From: Neoechinorhynchus agilis
Lineage: Eukaryota; Animalia; Acanthocephala
Reading direction: 5' to 3'
DNA: 64,000 bases
Assembly (NCBI GenBank): GCA_051530055.1
Contig: CM121342.1
Location: 9,129,480 to 9,193,479 of the forward strand
The translations under genes were made by a program, and so were the position numbers. The notes under the pieces were generated by a model. The model had not been told where the DNA came from. It saw nothing but the letters and a program-made list of their open reading frames with translations, and did no database searches. Each line of letters begins with the position of its first letter. Positions within the stretch are counted from its first letter, which is position 1. Below are positions 60,801-64,000 of this stretch, in pieces.

Positions 60801-60894
60801 TCCTGTCCATACTTCGATAAAGGCACAAGATCTTGCGGAAATATCTGATTTTTAAAATAAAATCATTTTAATTTCTACGCCAGAAAACAAAATT

Positions 60895-61580
60895 TTATGT
60901 TTCTGGCTGCGAGCGTATCCACGAGCGTCGCGTTCCAGCGAAGACACTTGCCTTCCCTCGCCACGGGAATACTGTGACACCGTCCGGTCTACTGCCATCG
61001 AGTCGGCAAAGATTTCTCGGCTCTAGGATGTTGGACGCATTCACAGTATTTAGGACACAGCTAAGAGAATTGCGTTCACCTCGGCGTGTCGAAAGTACCC
61101 TCCGCGAGATTGCCGACAGACGAGACCATGGCGTCCCGACGGTTAGACGGTCGCTCTGCAACGGCAGCGATGGGATGTGCACATCGGTACCCCAAGTCTC
61201 AGGGGCATTGCAATCCTTACTGTGTCGTCGGAGAGAAGGATAACTATGGAAACGATTGGGATAGCGTTGAGCCAAGCACCTGATTCTCCCATAGAGACTG
61301 TCGCCAATCAAGTTAGGTTCACCAGGTCACGAGAATCTGAAATTAAAGAGTTATGAATTCTCACTACCAGGGGTGAGTCTCAAACTGATTGTTTGCAACG
61401 ATTGACGGGTACCTACTCGCTGACCAAGGATTAAGAGCCTCCACGAAATCTTCATGTAAAGTGTAATTCTCGTCAAGAAAAGCTGGGCTATTTTGCTGCT
61501 CGCTTCTGCTTTTCGAATACCCAAACCGCCGGACGACACAGGCAGGGACGCTTGACGCCCGGCCTGGACCGACTGCTGAA
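60895..61580 (-). mobile_element. Degraded CRE 3' part, closely related to 55800-56400
   Basis: Shared reverse-complement segments; LEPRNLCRLDGSRPDGVTVFPW. Confidence 0.88.
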
Positions 61581-61639
61581 TATTTAAAATTTTCTCGAGA
61601 GAGGCCAATTGAATAGCCCAAGGAGAACACTGAACATTC

Positions 61640-61900
61640 TCGAAGGGAAAGAGGCTCCTAAAAATTGCCTGTCAATGTCTAACCTTTCCAGACCACCGCA
61701 GTGTATTTCCCTTGGATTTTCGAGCAGGTGACGTGTACCCTTTTGGACCGAAACAACCACGAACGCTCTCATTGAAGAACTCGTAGCCTCAAAACTAGAC
61801 AGATACAGAATTGACATCGCAGCTCTATGCGAAACAGGACTTCCAGACGAAGGATCGCTCATTGGAATCGGATACCTTTTCGAAAGAAGTGCCTCCAACG
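61640..61900 (+). mobile_element. RTE-type APE N-terminal fragment
   Basis: KLDRYRIDIAALCETGLPDEGSL. Confidence 0.6.
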
Positions 61901-62009
61901 GGAAAACTCATACATCTGATGAGTATCATCATTATTAACGAACTTTTAAAAAAGCTTGAAATTTCACTTACATCGGTTTGAGTAGCGATTACGGGACGAT
62001 TCCGGGATT

Positions 62010-64000
62010 CGGTACAATAAAATTTTTTTGATCCCTACTTTTATTAATCTTCATCTCTCGACAATTAACACACTCACCACCTCCCGCCGAATTCCAGCTT
62101 TTGTCCTTCCTCGACCGTCGCCATCACGCTGGCAGTATTGCCTCGTTGTACTGCCAGCGAGATATTTTGTCGAAGGAATACGCCTGCTCTTGAGTCTCCG
62201 GTTGCCTCTCTCAATTTCTTCGAGAGATCCTGGAGCAGAGAGGGTGCCGAGCTGCCGAGCGCTGCATACGTCTCTACCCCAAAGGGGACAAAATAGTGAG
62301 CCCTCGATAAGTGAAGATATTTCCGTATTTTCCTCCCTTCCGCTGCACTGGCGGCACCACCGGCGATTTCGAGGGAGTAGGAGATGTTGCTGGCTGCAAG
62401 GGTATCCACACACGTGGCGTCCCGGAGAAGGCATTTGCCCTCCCGCCACGGGAAGATCGAAATTCCATCGGGCCTACGGCCGTCTAGTCTAGAGAGGTGG
62501 GCGGGTTCCAGGATGTTCGAGAAGTTCGCCGTTCTCAACGCCCGAGAAATTGCGTTATTGATTTCAGAATGGCGTGAGAACCTTCCTGCTGACCTTCTGC
62601 AGACGAGATCGTGTCGCCCGAGAGCATCAACCAAAGACCCACATCGACAGCGATGGGGCGTGCATATCGGGAGACCAAGTCTTAAGGATACTGCGATCCT
62701 CGTTACCTCGTCAGTAAGAAGAGTTCCCACTGATGCCAGAGGAACAGCTTCAAACCACGCCCCAGATTCTCGTGTTGAAACTGCCAACAGTCTAGCTCGG
62801 AGGACCCCATCGCGAGAACCGGAAAGTAGAGAGCTGTGAGCTCTCGCGACAAGAGGTCCGTCCCAGATCGACTGTCTGAGGCCATTCACGGGAACATGGT
62901 TAGCGCCTTTCTGCTGGCACCATTCCTCAACCGCCACCACGAAATCCCGGTCAAGACAGAACTTTTCCTTCAAAATTTTCTTCGATACTGGTAGGCTCCC
63001 CTCAAACGAAGGTCGACTAGTGCCCGAATTCCCAATCCCCCAGATGACACAGGCAAAGAAGCTTGTCGCCACGCCTCATCTGAGAGCTGGACATTTAAAA
63101 TACGATCGATGCATGCCCTCACCTTATCGTCCAGCTTTGCCAATCCTTTTTTGTGTTTGAAAAATGTTGCTGTGCGAACCTTGTACAATAATTTGGGGAT
63201 GAAGAGCGCGTTCCTTATGAGAAACAAGGCTTCATGAGCCGAGAGAGCGCACACTCTATCGCACAGCAACGAAAGCTTCGGTATGATATGGCCGATCTCA
63301 TCTTCCACATTTGAATCGAAGACGCAACTGTCCTGGAGGCTGAGTTGTTCCCGAGTCACGAGTTTCAGGCCTGGAGCTACGGCCTCGAACCCAGCCATTA
63401 GTTCTTTGACTTTGGCGGCGTCTCCAATATTCAGTACAAGGAGCTCACATTTTCCAGCATTAAGCTCAATGCCCATCTTCGAGGTCTCCCTAATCAGCGT
63501 ATCCAAATCGCGCAGTACAACGGAGGGATCACCTCCGAGCGTAGCGTCATCCAAATACCAAGCGTTGAAGCTGGAATGGAGAGAATGCGCTATTGGATTT
63601 ACTGTTAGGGAGAATGCGATTGGACCGAGGGGATCTCCTTGCTGCACTCCTCTTTCGGACCAAATGAGGTGGTCTTCGAAAAGCAAAGGAGTCGCCGTCC
63701 CGTAGGCATTGAGAAAATACTGGAAGGCTTCTGGTGCGTGATCCCTAATTGCGCAGAACATGCTTTCTCTATTGAGAGTTAAAGGCGTTCCGAAAATCGC
63801 ACTTAAGAATCACGCACGGCTCTGAGCTTCTCGTAGCAAAGTTTCGGAGCGAGTGGACAATAGCTTCCGCCCCGCAGGATGTGCAGCAGCCCAGTTGGAC
63901 TCGACGAAGTTGCTGTCCGTTTTTCGCTGTAATACGTTTGCAGAGAATTTTTCCTGCGAGTCGGCGTATCGTCGAAGATACGGCGATGGGACGGATCCCA
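62010..64000 (-). mobile_element. CRE-like retrotransposon, 3' part; its 5' part lies beyond the window end
   Basis: GVQQGDPLGP, WYLDD, RHSEINNAISRAL, RRPDG, DATCVDT; A-run at about 62020-62027 on the minus strand. Confidence 0.95.

Overview
Eukaryotic, AT-rich DNA, probably from an invertebrate animal (inference from the metazoan-like Ran and Aurora proteins). No prokaryotic features, rRNA or CRISPR. Host genes are sparse: Ran, an Aurora kinase split by an unusual 164-nt insert, a divergent homeobox gene, two inverted copies of a TXNDC9/PhLP3-like gene, a casein kinase 1-like pseudogene and a few unknown ORFs. Most of the window is nested retroelements: many CRE-like RT/RLE non-LTR copies (one with an open 991-codon frame), at least four Penelope-like relics with hammerhead-ribozyme-like motifs, RTE and I/Jockey-like relics, and one structurally complete gypsy element with 128-bp LTRs. 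There are also two satellites and a MITE-like TIR family. The most novel-looking system is a multi-copy cassette encoding a 98-aa very acidic protein with its own CCAAT/TATA-like promoter (8 copies). At 30-36.8 kb it forms a higher-order tandem array paired with a 54-aa ORF on the opposite strand. Also notable: a tRNA-headed SINE carrying a permuted hammerhead core, a head-to-head double CRE insertion, and a probably self-priming LTR element. All assignments come from motif recognition by eye; no searches or folding were run.
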